A DNA stretch of 32,000 nucleotides from Candidatus Nitrosopelagicus brevis. Lineage in GTDB: Archaea; Thermoproteota; Nitrososphaeria; Nitrososphaerales; Nitrosopumilaceae. Every line of letters begins with the position of its first letter. Positions within the stretch are counted from its first letter, which is position 1. Made by a program: the position numbers and the translations under genes. The stretch is taken from the NCBI RefSeq assembly GCF_000812185.1, contig NZ_CP007026.1, positions 779,107 to 811,106 on the forward strand, read 5' to 3'. The notes beneath the pieces are model-generated. The model ran no database searches. It worked only from the letters and a program-made list of their open reading frames with translations, and was not told the DNA's origin. Positions 16,945 to 25,541 of this stretch are shown here, piece by piece.

Positions 16945-17577
16945 TTGAAAACATCAGTAATAATTCCCGTTAAGACATTTCAAAAATCTAAAACAAGATT
17001 ACATTTATCTGAAGAAAAAACAAATTCACTATGCAGGTTACTATTAGAAGAAGTAATCAAAACCATCCATGATTCAAAGTTAATTGATAAAACAATTGTC
17101 GTTACAAATGAGGAACAAGTTACAGATATTATAGAAAAATATGATTGCCAAAAAATTCAGGATGAACATGAAACAAGTGTAAATGATGCTGTCAAACTAG
17201 CAGAAAAATATTTGATAGATAATGAATTTACACATTCCATTGTATTGCCTTTAGATGTCCCATTTTTTGATTCTGAAGATCTTGAAAAATTGTTAAAATT
17301 TTCAGTAGACAATTCAGTGATAGTAGTACCATCAAGACATTTTGATGGAACTAATGCGTTACTTAGAAGCCCCATCAATTCCATGACACCCAGATATGAT
17401 GAAGGAAGTTACAGTTTTCAGATTGAATCAGCGCAAAAAAATGATGTAAAAATTTCAATTGGTTTGATATACAGACTGATGCTAGATATCGACAATTCAG
17501 AAGATTTAGAATTTGTTATAAAACAAAATATCAAACCAGAGTTTTGTAAGAAAATTAGAGAAATTATTGAGAAATAA
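16945..17577 (+). CDS. cofC: 2-phospho-L-lactate guanylyltransferase-like protein
   Basis: VIIPVKTFQKSKTRL, FTHSIVLPLDVPFFDSEDLEKLL, VIVVPSRHFDGTNALLRSP. TTG start immediately after the cofD stop codon. Confidence 0.93.
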   Translation: MKTSVIIPVKTFQKSKTRLHLSEEKTNSLCRLLLEEVIKTIHDSKLIDKTIVVTNEEQVTDIIEKYDCQKIQDEHETSVNDAVKLAEKYLIDNEFTHSIVLPLDVPFFDSEDLEKLLKFSVDNSVIVVPSRHFDGTNALLRSPINSMTPRYDEGSYSFQIESAQKNDVKISIGLIYRLMLDIDNSEDLEFVIKQNIKPEFCKKIREIIEK

Positions 17578-18570
17578 TTACTCTGAAACTATCGCAGAAT
17601 TGAGAGAGTTTTTGTATTGAAGAAACAACATTGCAAGAGAAACAATTCCAGATACAATTAGAATTACTTCAAATGTGCCAATCATGGAATGATTAGATGC
17701 ATTTTGTACAGAAATTCCATTAAGTTCAGATATCAAAAATAGATAAGAATAGATGAAATAGTTTGTTGCCCAGTGTAAAATTATTGCTGCAGCCAAGCCA
17801 TATCTGAAATAAACCCAACCAAGAATTATTCCGCCAACAGATGCTTGTAAAATTTTGCCAGTTGTCCACGGTTCACCAGAGATAACATGTGCCACACCAA
17901 AGAAAATTCCAACAATGACAATTAGTCCAATGGCTTTTTTGCTATCGTAGACATGTAAGTTTGAATATGGACTCCACAGTGATTTTATGAAAAACTTTAT
18001 CGAAGATTTGTGTGAATAAATTAAGAATAGTGGAATTCCAATTAGAATTAAGCGAAAACCAATTTCTTCAGTAATAGGAGCCAATGATATTTGTAAGAAT
18101 AAAATAAGATCATTTGCAGTATCAGGAGGTTCAGTTACAATTCCAAAGCTTTCTTGAATTATTGTGATTACTGCAGAAACTAAGACAAGTATTGAAAACC
18201 ATTTGATAATGTTAAGCATGTAATTATCAGAAAAGGAAGTTTTTTCATTTGACAAAATGTTTCCAATTATTTTCATAAAATTCTTTTTAGGACCTAGAAA
18301 TGAGATTACAAATAAAATTACAAAAATAGACCAAAAAATTATGAACAGATCACCTATCTGATACTCTAACGGAATCTGAAGATTTACACCTGCAATAAAA
18401 ATATCAAATTTTTCTAATGGGTAAGTGTAATCAATGTCATCTCCAATATCAGAATTAAAAATTGCATAAGCGCCCAATGGAAATGATACAATCATCAAAC
18501 CAAAAATTACAGACATTAAAGCAGAAAAAGGTATTCCAAAACCATGTAAAATATTTGGTAAGAGAGACAC
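17578..18570 (-). CDS. CPBP/CAAX-family intramembrane metalloprotease homologue
   Basis: APITEEIGFRLILIGIPLFLIY (EExxxR motif) and FFGVAHVISG (FxxxH-type motif) with many TM segments. Stop abuts the cofC stop (17577/17578). Confidence 0.85.
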   Translation of the reverse strand: MSLLPNILHGFGIPFSALMSVIFGLMIVSFPLGAYAIFNSDIGDDIDYTYPLEKFDIFIAGVNLQIPLEYQIGDLFIIFWSIFVILFVISFLGPKKNFMKIIGNILSNEKTSFSDNYMLNIIKWFSILVLVSAVITIIQESFGIVTEPPDTANDLILFLQISLAPITEEIGFRLILIGIPLFLIYSHKSSIKFFIKSLWSPYSNLHVYDSKKAIGLIVIVGIFFGVAHVISGEPWTTGKILQASVGGIILGWVYFRYGLAAAIILHWATNYFIYSYLFLISELNGISVQNASNHSMIGTFEVILIVSGIVSLAMLFLQYKNSLNSAIVSE

Positions 18571-18577
18571 GATAATT

Positions 18578-18886
18578 CTAATGAAGTTCTATTTTTTCTT
18601 CAGAGAATCCTAACTTAACAAGTGCCTCTTTGATTGTGTCTCGATGATCACCTTGTAAGAAAATGTATCCTTCTTTTGCGGTTCCACCACAAGCGTATTT
18701 TCCTTTTAGCTCTTTTGCCACACTTTCCAAGTTGTTAATTTTAGGATCTAGTCCTTCAATCATTGTTCCTTTTTTCTTGAATCTTCTAGTCTCTAAACGA
18801 ATAATTATTTGAGAACTATCTTTGTCTAAATCACCACAAGCGCATAAATCATCAGGAAGACCACAAGTATTACAAATTACCGCCAT
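18578..18886 (-). CDS. eIF1/SUI1-family translation initiation factor with N-terminal CxxC...CxC element
   Basis: ICNTCGLPDDLCACGDLDKDSSQIIIRLETRRFKKKGTMIEGL...LKGKYACGGTAKEGYIFLQGDHRDTIKEALVKLGF is a typical archaeal SUI1. Confidence 0.93.
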   Translation of the reverse strand: MAVICNTCGLPDDLCACGDLDKDSSQIIIRLETRRFKKKGTMIEGLDPKINNLESVAKELKGKYACGGTAKEGYIFLQGDHRDTIKEALVKLGFSEEKIELH

Positions 18887-18971
18887 TAGTTCGAAATATT
18901 TTGAATTATCATATTATTAAGCCTTAGTAGATAAAAATACAATTTTTTTAGGTCGTATACTAAGGATAAAC

Positions 18972-19292
18972 ATGTCAGAAGAGGTTAGAAAAAAGGCAAT
19001 TGAGATGTTGTTAAGTGGAGCCACATTACTTAGCGAACCATGTCCATATTGCAAAGGAGTGAGGGTGATGAAAGACGGCGATGCATTATGTGTTAGTTGC
19101 GGAAAATCACCAGATAAAGAACTTGAGAAGAATAACGAGAAACCTCAAGACGAGTCACCTGTAAAAAAATTAGAAGAAAAATTACAAATCATGACTGATG
19201 AGTTGTCAAAGGAAAAAGATCCAGATAAGCAACAAAATATCCTAAAATCAATTAATTTACTGATTGATACGATATCCAAGTTGAAAAAGTAG
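18972..19292 (+). CDS. Sjogren's syndrome/scleroderma autoantigen 1 (SSSCA1)-like zinc-ribbon protein
   Basis: KAIEMLLSGATLLSEPCPYCKGVRVMKDGDALCVSCGK matches the family's core pattern. Confidence 0.85.
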   Translation: MSEEVRKKAIEMLLSGATLLSEPCPYCKGVRVMKDGDALCVSCGKSPDKELEKNNEKPQDESPVKKLEEKLQIMTDELSKEKDPDKQQNILKSINLLIDTISKLKK

Positions 19293-19329
19293 TCAAAAAC
19301 TTTTTATGCGTAATTTTTTGGTTTGAGTC

Positions 19330-19497
19330 ATGGGAGATAAGAAAACAAGTGCAGCACTTCCAGCATCCGGTGCAGGTCTTTTAAGATTTTTTGAGGATGA
19401 GACTAAAGGTGTTAAAGTAGATCCAAAAATTGTGGTCTCTGTTCCAATTAGTCTAATCATAGTATCATGGTTACTAGATATACTGTTAATTCCTTGA
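19330..19497 (+). CDS. Preprotein translocase subunit Sec61-beta (55 aa)
   Basis: Hand translation MGDKKTSAALPASGAGLLRFFEDETKGVKVDPKIVVSVPISLIIVSWLLDILLIP*; SGAGLLRFFEDExxGxKVxPxxVV is the archaeal Sec61-beta signature. Absent from the track. Confidence 0.94.
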   Translation: MGDKKTSAALPASGAGLLRFFEDETKGVKVDPKIVVSVPISLIIVSWLLDILLIP

Positions 19498-19504
19498 TCA
19501 AAAA

Positions 19505-21247
19505 ATGCCTGAAAAAGACGACGTCAGTAAGATACATGACAAATACACATTATCACTAATCAATCCATCATCACATTACATTTCATTAGCAGCATCAATT
19601 GCAATTGCAGGATTAATTGGTGCATTTACGGCTTCAACTTATCTAGGTTCAACAGAATTAATCTTTCCAACATTAGCAGTAATTGCAGCATTAGTTGGAA
19701 CTCAATTTTTAGATATTTTATTTGCAAAACATAGAGAATATTCAAAGTCACTTCATGTTTCGTTGTTTGGAAATGGATTGTTCTTTGTTAGCACATTGAT
19801 AGGTTATGGCGCAATGGGATTATTTGAAAAAGATGGGTTGGATTTATTTTATGTAACAATGGGAATGGTAGTTTTTGCTAGTTTTAGAATTGGAATTTTT
19901 ACAACAATCTTAGGTGCAAGTTTGAAAAAAGCATGGGCAGTTGCATTTATTCAGCCAATGGCAATGTATCTTGTTTTAGTTCCATCAGACATGTGGATTA
20001 GTTCACTTACAAATCCATGGATTATATTATTTGGCGGTGCATTTTTGGGATTAGCAACAGCTTGGTCTTATCTTACTGACAAAGCAGGTCGACCTGGATT
20101 GAAAAGTACACATGAATTAATTCAAGCATATGTAACATCAATGTCAAGAAAAGATCCTGCCCCATTAGAAGAAATTATTGAAAAAAGTTCTACAGAATCC
20201 ACAGTGTCAACATCCCAATTGAAATTTCAATCAACAGACAAAGATAATGATTTTAGAATAGTTCTGCCAGATATTCATCCAGGACCATTTCATCCAATAG
20301 GAGGAAGTAACATTACAGGACTAATTTACAAAGAAATGGATTCTACTGCAATGGTCATGCATAGTATTTCAAATCATGATCTAAATTTACCTACACAAAA
20401 AGAGGTTCAAAATTATTTGCAGAGTTTGCAACAAAGTAAATCTAAGCAGAACGGTGCAGTGTGTACTGAACCTGTATCAGTAACAATGAACAAAGCACGT
20501 GCTTCAGGACTGCTCTTTGATAGAACTGCATTATTGTTTTTGTCATTATCACCTCACGGAATGGAAGATTTACCACCGAATGTTAGAAGTGAAATTGAAC
20601 AATTTGCTGAAAACAGAAATTTTGAACAGGTTTTGATAGTAGATACACACAATGCAATGGGAAAAGAAATTTCAAAAGAAGATTCAGAAGATTTGCTTCT
20701 GGCAGCAAAATCTACACTTGATACATTAAAGACAAAAGAGAGTCATTCCTTCAAGTTTGGTTTTGAAAATTCTGAAAAAATGAATTTGAATCAAAATGAT
20801 ATTGCTGAGGGAAGAATTGCAACTTTATGTTTAGAGATTAACAATAAAAACTACTTCCTAGGATGGGCAGATGCCAACAATATGGAAAATGGAGTAAGAG
20901 AACAGATTGTGACACACTTTGCAAATAACGGATATGAGTTGATTGAGATTTGTACATCAGATACACACTATACAGCAAGCGGTGCCAGAAATAGAAATGG
21001 ATATTTCCAATTAGGAATGGTGTCAAAACCAAATGATCTAGCAAACTGGTATTTAGAATTAGCAAAAAATGCAGAATCAAAAATCAAAGAGGGAACATTC
21101 GAGGTATTAGAACATCAAACAAATGTCAAAGTGATGGGACCAACAATATTTTCAGATTATTCAAAGGTAATGGATAAAACAATGAGCATCACAAAGTGGT
21201 GTTTGTTAGCAGATGCAGGTCTTTTTGCAATGTCTATTTTTCTATAG
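19505..21247 (+). CDS. DUF2070 family membrane protein
   Basis: N-terminal multi-TM region (SLAASIAIAGLIGAFTAS...) and conserved soluble part VLPDIHPGPFHPIGGSNITGLIYKEM...HSISNHDLNLPTQKEV. Confidence 0.92.
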   Translation: MPEKDDVSKIHDKYTLSLINPSSHYISLAASIAIAGLIGAFTASTYLGSTELIFPTLAVIAALVGTQFLDILFAKHREYSKSLHVSLFGNGLFFVSTLIGYGAMGLFEKDGLDLFYVTMGMVVFASFRIGIFTTILGASLKKAWAVAFIQPMAMYLVLVPSDMWISSLTNPWIILFGGAFLGLATAWSYLTDKAGRPGLKSTHELIQAYVTSMSRKDPAPLEEIIEKSSTESTVSTSQLKFQSTDKDNDFRIVLPDIHPGPFHPIGGSNITGLIYKEMDSTAMVMHSISNHDLNLPTQKEVQNYLQSLQQSKSKQNGAVCTEPVSVTMNKARASGLLFDRTALLFLSLSPHGMEDLPPNVRSEIEQFAENRNFEQVLIVDTHNAMGKEISKEDSEDLLLAAKSTLDTLKTKESHSFKFGFENSEKMNLNQNDIAEGRIATLCLEINNKNYFLGWADANNMENGVREQIVTHFANNGYELIEICTSDTHYTASGARNRNGYFQLGMVSKPNDLANWYLELAKNAESKIKEGTFEVLEHQTNVKVMGPTIFSDYSKVMDKTMSITKWCLLADAGLFAMSIFL

Positions 21248-21863
21248 ATTTTAGAGAACCAAGATTTCCTACAAATTCATCTAAAAAGGATGGCAATTTC
21301 ATGATAGGTACGATTGGTACGTTTTCAACAAGTTGAGTTCCTTCTTGATGAAGTGTAACTATTACAGGTAATGCTGTGATGTCTTCATCAGCAACATACC
21401 GTTTGACACGTTCAATCTGTTTTTTCACAATTTCATCTAATGCAGATTTGCTCATAGTTTTCCAATGTTTGCAATCTATCAATAATGCAAGATTCATTTT
21501 TTTCCCAATCACATCAATTTCCATTCTAGGTTTTGTCAAGACTAGATTTTTTGTTACGTCAAAGCCATTTTCTTCAAGAATTATTCCGGTGATTGCCTCA
21601 AAATCTCTCCAAGTAAGATATTCAGAAACATCTTCAATTGTTGCACCAAGAGTGATTGCAAATAATGCGGTTTGAAGTCTATCGTGAGGAATATCAAAAT
21701 CTACCAAATCATCATTCCATGCACCAATTCCATTTTGGACCAGCGTGTACAACAACTCTTTTGCACTAATTTCATCTAATTCCGTAACAACTGCGAAATC
21801 TGTTACGCTTATTCCACCTTCAATTATACCATTGATTCCCTTTACAGCCAATTTTGGATTCAT
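21234..21863 (-). CDS. Mrr/restriction-endonuclease-like fold nuclease with N-terminal winged-helix-like region
   Basis: RDFEAITGIILEENGFDVTKNLVLTKPRMEIDVIGKKMNLALLIDCKHWK: E...D...DxK arrangement typical of Mrr-type PD-(D/E)XK nucleases. N-terminus GGISVTDFAVVTELDEISAKELLYTLVQNGI resembles an HTH. Confidence 0.78.
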   Translation of the reverse strand: MNPKLAVKGINGIIEGGISVTDFAVVTELDEISAKELLYTLVQNGIGAWNDDLVDFDIPHDRLQTALFAITLGATIEDVSEYLTWRDFEAITGIILEENGFDVTKNLVLTKPRMEIDVIGKKMNLALLIDCKHWKTMSKSALDEIVKKQIERVKRYVADEDITALPVIVTLHQEGTQLVENVPIVPIMKLPSFLDEFVGNLGSLKSIEK

Positions 21864-21926
21864 GTATGATTCAGATCAATTACAATTGTATTAAAATGCT
21901 AAAATTTATCCAAGGTGATGCATTAG

Positions 21927-24395
21927 TTGAAACAGTTGAAAATTTTCAAGATAATTCTCATTATTTGTTTAATATCCATAATCCCAACAGCATTTGCTCA
22001 AAAAGGAACGTATGTGGATGAGATAAAATTTATTCAATATCTTGATGAGAATACAGCCTTAGAAGAAGTAAAAAATGGAAATCTGGATATGTACTATTAT
22101 AGAATTTCTTCAGATAGATTAGAGGATTCTGAATCAAGAGACACGTTGAAAGTGTACGAGTCAACTGGAGGGTACTATAGTATTTTATTGAATCCAACAG
22201 ATGAAGGACCCTTCAATCCGTTTTCAATTCAAGAGGTAAGATATGCAGTGAATTTTCTAGTTGATAGAAATTTGATTGTCAATGAGTTGTTAGGAGGTTA
22301 TGGAACACCAATGTTTTCAAATTATGGAAGTTTTTCTGCGGAATACTTGAGAGTCTTGGATGTTATTGAGACGTTTCAATTTAGATACAATCCATCGTTT
22401 GCTGAAAACATAATTTCAGATGAATTGAGTGCAAGAGGAGCAGAAAAAATTGATGGTATATGGAATTATGAAAGTGAACCAATTGAAATTACATTTTTTA
22501 TTAGAAGTGATGATCCGGTTAGAAAAGCAATAGGAGAAATTCTATCATCAGAGTTAGAAGAGATTGGCTTTAAAGTGAATAAAGAGTTTGGAGATTTGAA
22601 TAAGGCATACGTTGTAGTTTATGGTTCAAACCCTGCTGAACAAAAATGGAGTTTATACACAGAAGGATGGGGGAGCTCAGGTTTTACTAGATATGATTCA
22701 GTAACACTTGCTCAGATGTATTCTCCATGGTTTTCAAGCATGCCTGGAAATAATAACCCAGCAAACTGGAACTATGAAAATGAGAAATTAGATGAATTAA
22801 CTCAGAGAATTTACTCTGGAGAGTTTAATGATAAAGATGAAAGAACAAGTATTATCAAAGATGCAATGAAGGAAGGAGTAAACGAATCAGTTCGGATATT
22901 TCTTGCAAGTAAAATTGATCAATATGTTGTAAATGAAAATGTAGATGGAATAATCAATGCATTGGGAGCAGGAGTTCCAAGTAGATTTACACCAATTAAT
23001 GTTAGGACGGATTCAGGTACACTAGATGTCGGTGTAAAACAGATTTACCAAGCAGCATGGAATCCTATTGGAGGATTAGGAGATACATACAGTAATCAAA
23101 TTTGGCTTTCAATTTCTGACCCAATTTTAACAGGACATCCATTTTCAGGGGAAATGATTCCAATTAGAAGCTCATGGAAGGTAGAAACAAATGGAATTAA
23201 TTCATCGGTACAAGTTCCAAATGATGCAATAATGTGGAATCCTGATTCAAAAATGTGGGATAAAGTAGGAAATGAGATTTCTGCAAAAAGTAAGATTACT
23301 TATGATTTGAAGTTCAACCAATGGCATCATGGTCCAGAGATGAACATGAATGACATAATCTATTCAGTATACTTCCTATCAGAATGGGGTTCAGAAAGAA
23401 CAGAAGATGACAGAACATATGATGCGGATTTTTCCCCACAAGCATCTCAAATTTTGAACACATTGAAAGGAATACGTGTAATTGATGAAAATACAATTGA
23501 GGTGTATACTGATTTTTGGCATTTTGATTCAGGAGAGATTGCATCATGGGGAAGCGTTTGGAGTAGTATGCCTTGGGAAATCATGGCATCAATGGAAAAA
23601 ATTGTAATGGATGGGAAAAGTTCATTTTCACGAACAGAATCAATTACAAAAAATATCAATTGGCTTTCATTGATAATTCCAAATGATGCAAATCAGGTTA
23701 AAATGCAATTGGATACTTTTGAGAAAAATGAACATACACCTGATGCACTAATACAGTTTAATCCGCAAAATGATTTTCAAAATATTAGATACGATTCAAG
23801 TAAAAAATGGATTGATGAAAACAATCACGCGGTAATTAGTAATGGCCCATTTTATCTAGATAGATATTCCCCAGATTCAAGAACAATAGTTATCAAATCA
23901 TTTGATTATGGAAATTATGTTTTTGAGCAAGGAAAATGGAAAGACTTTGAAAATGTCAAATTTCCATCAATTAATTCAGTTGAATTTTCAGAGCCATATG
24001 TAGTAAATTCAGATGAAGAGATTCGTGTTTCGGCAGAAAATGCATCTGAAATTCACTACTTTATTGTAGATTCTAAAGGGGAAATCATTCTAAATGGAAT
24101 TAAAGAGATAGTGAATGGGGAAGCAAGTATCAATCTAGATAAAAGTTCAGATATAATTGAAGGAGTTCATACAATCAAAATTTTTGCAGCATCAGAAAAT
24201 GTATTGAAACCATATGAATATTCAAAAAGTTTCATAATTGTTTCAAACGATAAAGAAGTTCCAAAGACGGAAATGATGATTGAGATAAAAAAATCAGAAA
24301 CGAATTATTGGTATGTATTATTGATTATTCCGATTTTTAGTATAATTGCAGTTTTAGTAATTAGAAGATCAAGGCTTTCTGCCAATAACAAATAG
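21927..24395 (+). CDS. Membrane-anchored ABC-type peptide substrate-binding protein (SBP_bac_5)
   Basis: TTG start; signal peptide; NPFSIQEVRYAVNFLVDRNLIVNELLGGYGTPMFS; MNMNDIIYSVYFL; C-terminal Ig-like segment then TM NYWYVLLIIPIFSIIAVLVIRRSR. Confidence 0.85.
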   Translation: MKQLKIFKIILIICLISIIPTAFAQKGTYVDEIKFIQYLDENTALEEVKNGNLDMYYYRISSDRLEDSESRDTLKVYESTGGYYSILLNPTDEGPFNPFSIQEVRYAVNFLVDRNLIVNELLGGYGTPMFSNYGSFSAEYLRVLDVIETFQFRYNPSFAENIISDELSARGAEKIDGIWNYESEPIEITFFIRSDDPVRKAIGEILSSELEEIGFKVNKEFGDLNKAYVVVYGSNPAEQKWSLYTEGWGSSGFTRYDSVTLAQMYSPWFSSMPGNNNPANWNYENEKLDELTQRIYSGEFNDKDERTSIIKDAMKEGVNESVRIFLASKIDQYVVNENVDGIINALGAGVPSRFTPINVRTDSGTLDVGVKQIYQAAWNPIGGLGDTYSNQIWLSISDPILTGHPFSGEMIPIRSSWKVETNGINSSVQVPNDAIMWNPDSKMWDKVGNEISAKSKITYDLKFNQWHHGPEMNMNDIIYSVYFLSEWGSERTEDDRTYDADFSPQASQILNTLKGIRVIDENTIEVYTDFWHFDSGEIASWGSVWSSMPWEIMASMEKIVMDGKSSFSRTESITKNINWLSLIIPNDANQVKMQLDTFEKNEHTPDALIQFNPQNDFQNIRYDSSKKWIDENNHAVISNGPFYLDRYSPDSRTIVIKSFDYGNYVFEQGKWKDFENVKFPSINSVEFSEPYVVNSDEEIRVSAENASEIHYFIVDSKGEIILNGIKEIVNGEASINLDKSSDIIEGVHTIKIFAASENVLKPYEYSKSFIIVSNDKEVPKTEMMIEIKKSETNYWYVLLIIPIFSIIAVLVIRRSRLSANNK

Positions 24396-24992
24396 AGTTC
24401 CAAATTCACGTTTCCATTTGGATTTATTTTTTGGATCTGTGACATGTTTTGAGCGAGTAGTAAATCCAATCTCTCTGAACATTTTTTTCCATTCTTTTTC
24501 AGAACGTAGATCCATTGGAATATTCATGTCTTTTACCCATCTAGTAGTCAGAGTATTATCACTGTAAAAATCAGTTCCACAGTAAAAAGTTCCTCCTTTT
24601 TTAAGTAGTTTGAATACCTTTTCCAATGCAGGCTCCATCGGGACAGAATAGTATAATGATTCCATAGAGAAAATTACATCAAACTTTTCTTTTGTATTCC
24701 ATGATTCAAGATCAGTAACAAAAAAACTTTCTCTAGTAGAGGAAATTTTTGATTTTGCATTTTTAATCATCATTTTACTTTTATCAATTCCAATTGCTTT
24801 TACACAAGATGGTTTTTGGGACATTTTTCTTACTACCCAGCCATTACCACAACCAATATCAAGAAATCTAAATTTTTCTTTCAAGGATAATTTGTCTAAA
24901 AATTGATTTACCGTGGTGCCATGTCCTTTTTCCATTTCTTCGGAGCGACCGGTCTTTGCCCATACATCAAATAATTTTGAGGTTTTATCCAT
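24369..24992 (-). CDS. Class I SAM-dependent methyltransferase
   Basis: FRFLDIGCGNGWVVRKMSQ (motif I), FDVIFSMESLYYSVPMEPALEKVFKLLKKGGTFYCG. Overlaps the SBP gene 3' end by 27 nt. Confidence 0.88.
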   Translation of the reverse strand: MDKTSKLFDVWAKTGRSEEMEKGHGTTVNQFLDKLSLKEKFRFLDIGCGNGWVVRKMSQKPSCVKAIGIDKSKMMIKNAKSKISSTRESFFVTDLESWNTKEKFDVIFSMESLYYSVPMEPALEKVFKLLKKGGTFYCGTDFYSDNTLTTRWVKDMNIPMDLRSEKEWKKMFREIGFTTRSKHVTDPKNKSKWKREFGTLFVIGRKP

Positions 24993-25015
24993 TGAATAAC
25001 TTAATTTTTTCTTAA

Positions 25016-25510
25016 TTATATAGCATAGCCATATTCACGTATTATTTCATTTACTTGATCTTCAGATTTCACTTTTTGATAATCATGTAAGAGATTTTCA
25101 TTCAATTCCAAAAATGTATGACCCCAGTTGAATTTTTCAAGTAGTTTTTGAGATAATTCTTCCTCACCTAAGATGAAGGCAGCTCCTGCTATTGCTTCGA
25201 CGGTAGTCAACTTGTTGATTTTTGAATAATTTACGGGATTTCCGGCTAAAAGAGGCGGTAATTTTCTAGCTGCCCCAACAAAATTTTTTTGGAAAACGTC
25301 TTCGGCCAGAGCCCATGAGCAATCAATTCCTGTGATAGAGTTGAAAGATGACTTTTCATGATTGAATAGTGTTTTTTGAGCAAATGGATGTAAAAGGGCG
25401 GTTTTTGATTGAGATTTTGTAATTTTTTTTGCCAATCCAAATTTTATTAATTTGGCAGCTGTGCATTTTTTTGGGTCATCTTGATAGAACATTAAGAGAT
25501 TAATTTTCAT
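25016..25510 (-). CDS. tsr3: Tsr3-like rRNA aminocarboxypropyltransferase (ribosome biogenesis)
   Basis: DDPKKCTAAKLIKFGLA, GIDCSWA, RKLPPLLAGNPVNYSKINKLTTVEAIAGAAFILG, WGHTFLELNENLLHDY are Tsr3 hallmarks. Confidence 0.93.
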   Translation of the reverse strand: MKINLLMFYQDDPKKCTAAKLIKFGLAKKITKSQSKTALLHPFAQKTLFNHEKSSFNSITGIDCSWALAEDVFQKNFVGAARKLPPLLAGNPVNYSKINKLTTVEAIAGAAFILGEEELSQKLLEKFNWGHTFLELNENLLHDYQKVKSEDQVNEIIREYGYAI

Positions 25511-25541
25511 ATTATGAGAATTTTAGAGAAGGTTTTGTGTT

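Noticed and set aside
21234-21863. Possible restriction-modification or defence island
   Set aside because: Only one Mrr-like nuclease is present and neighbours are core archaeal genes; no methylase, helicase, toxin-antitoxin or integrase genes were seen.
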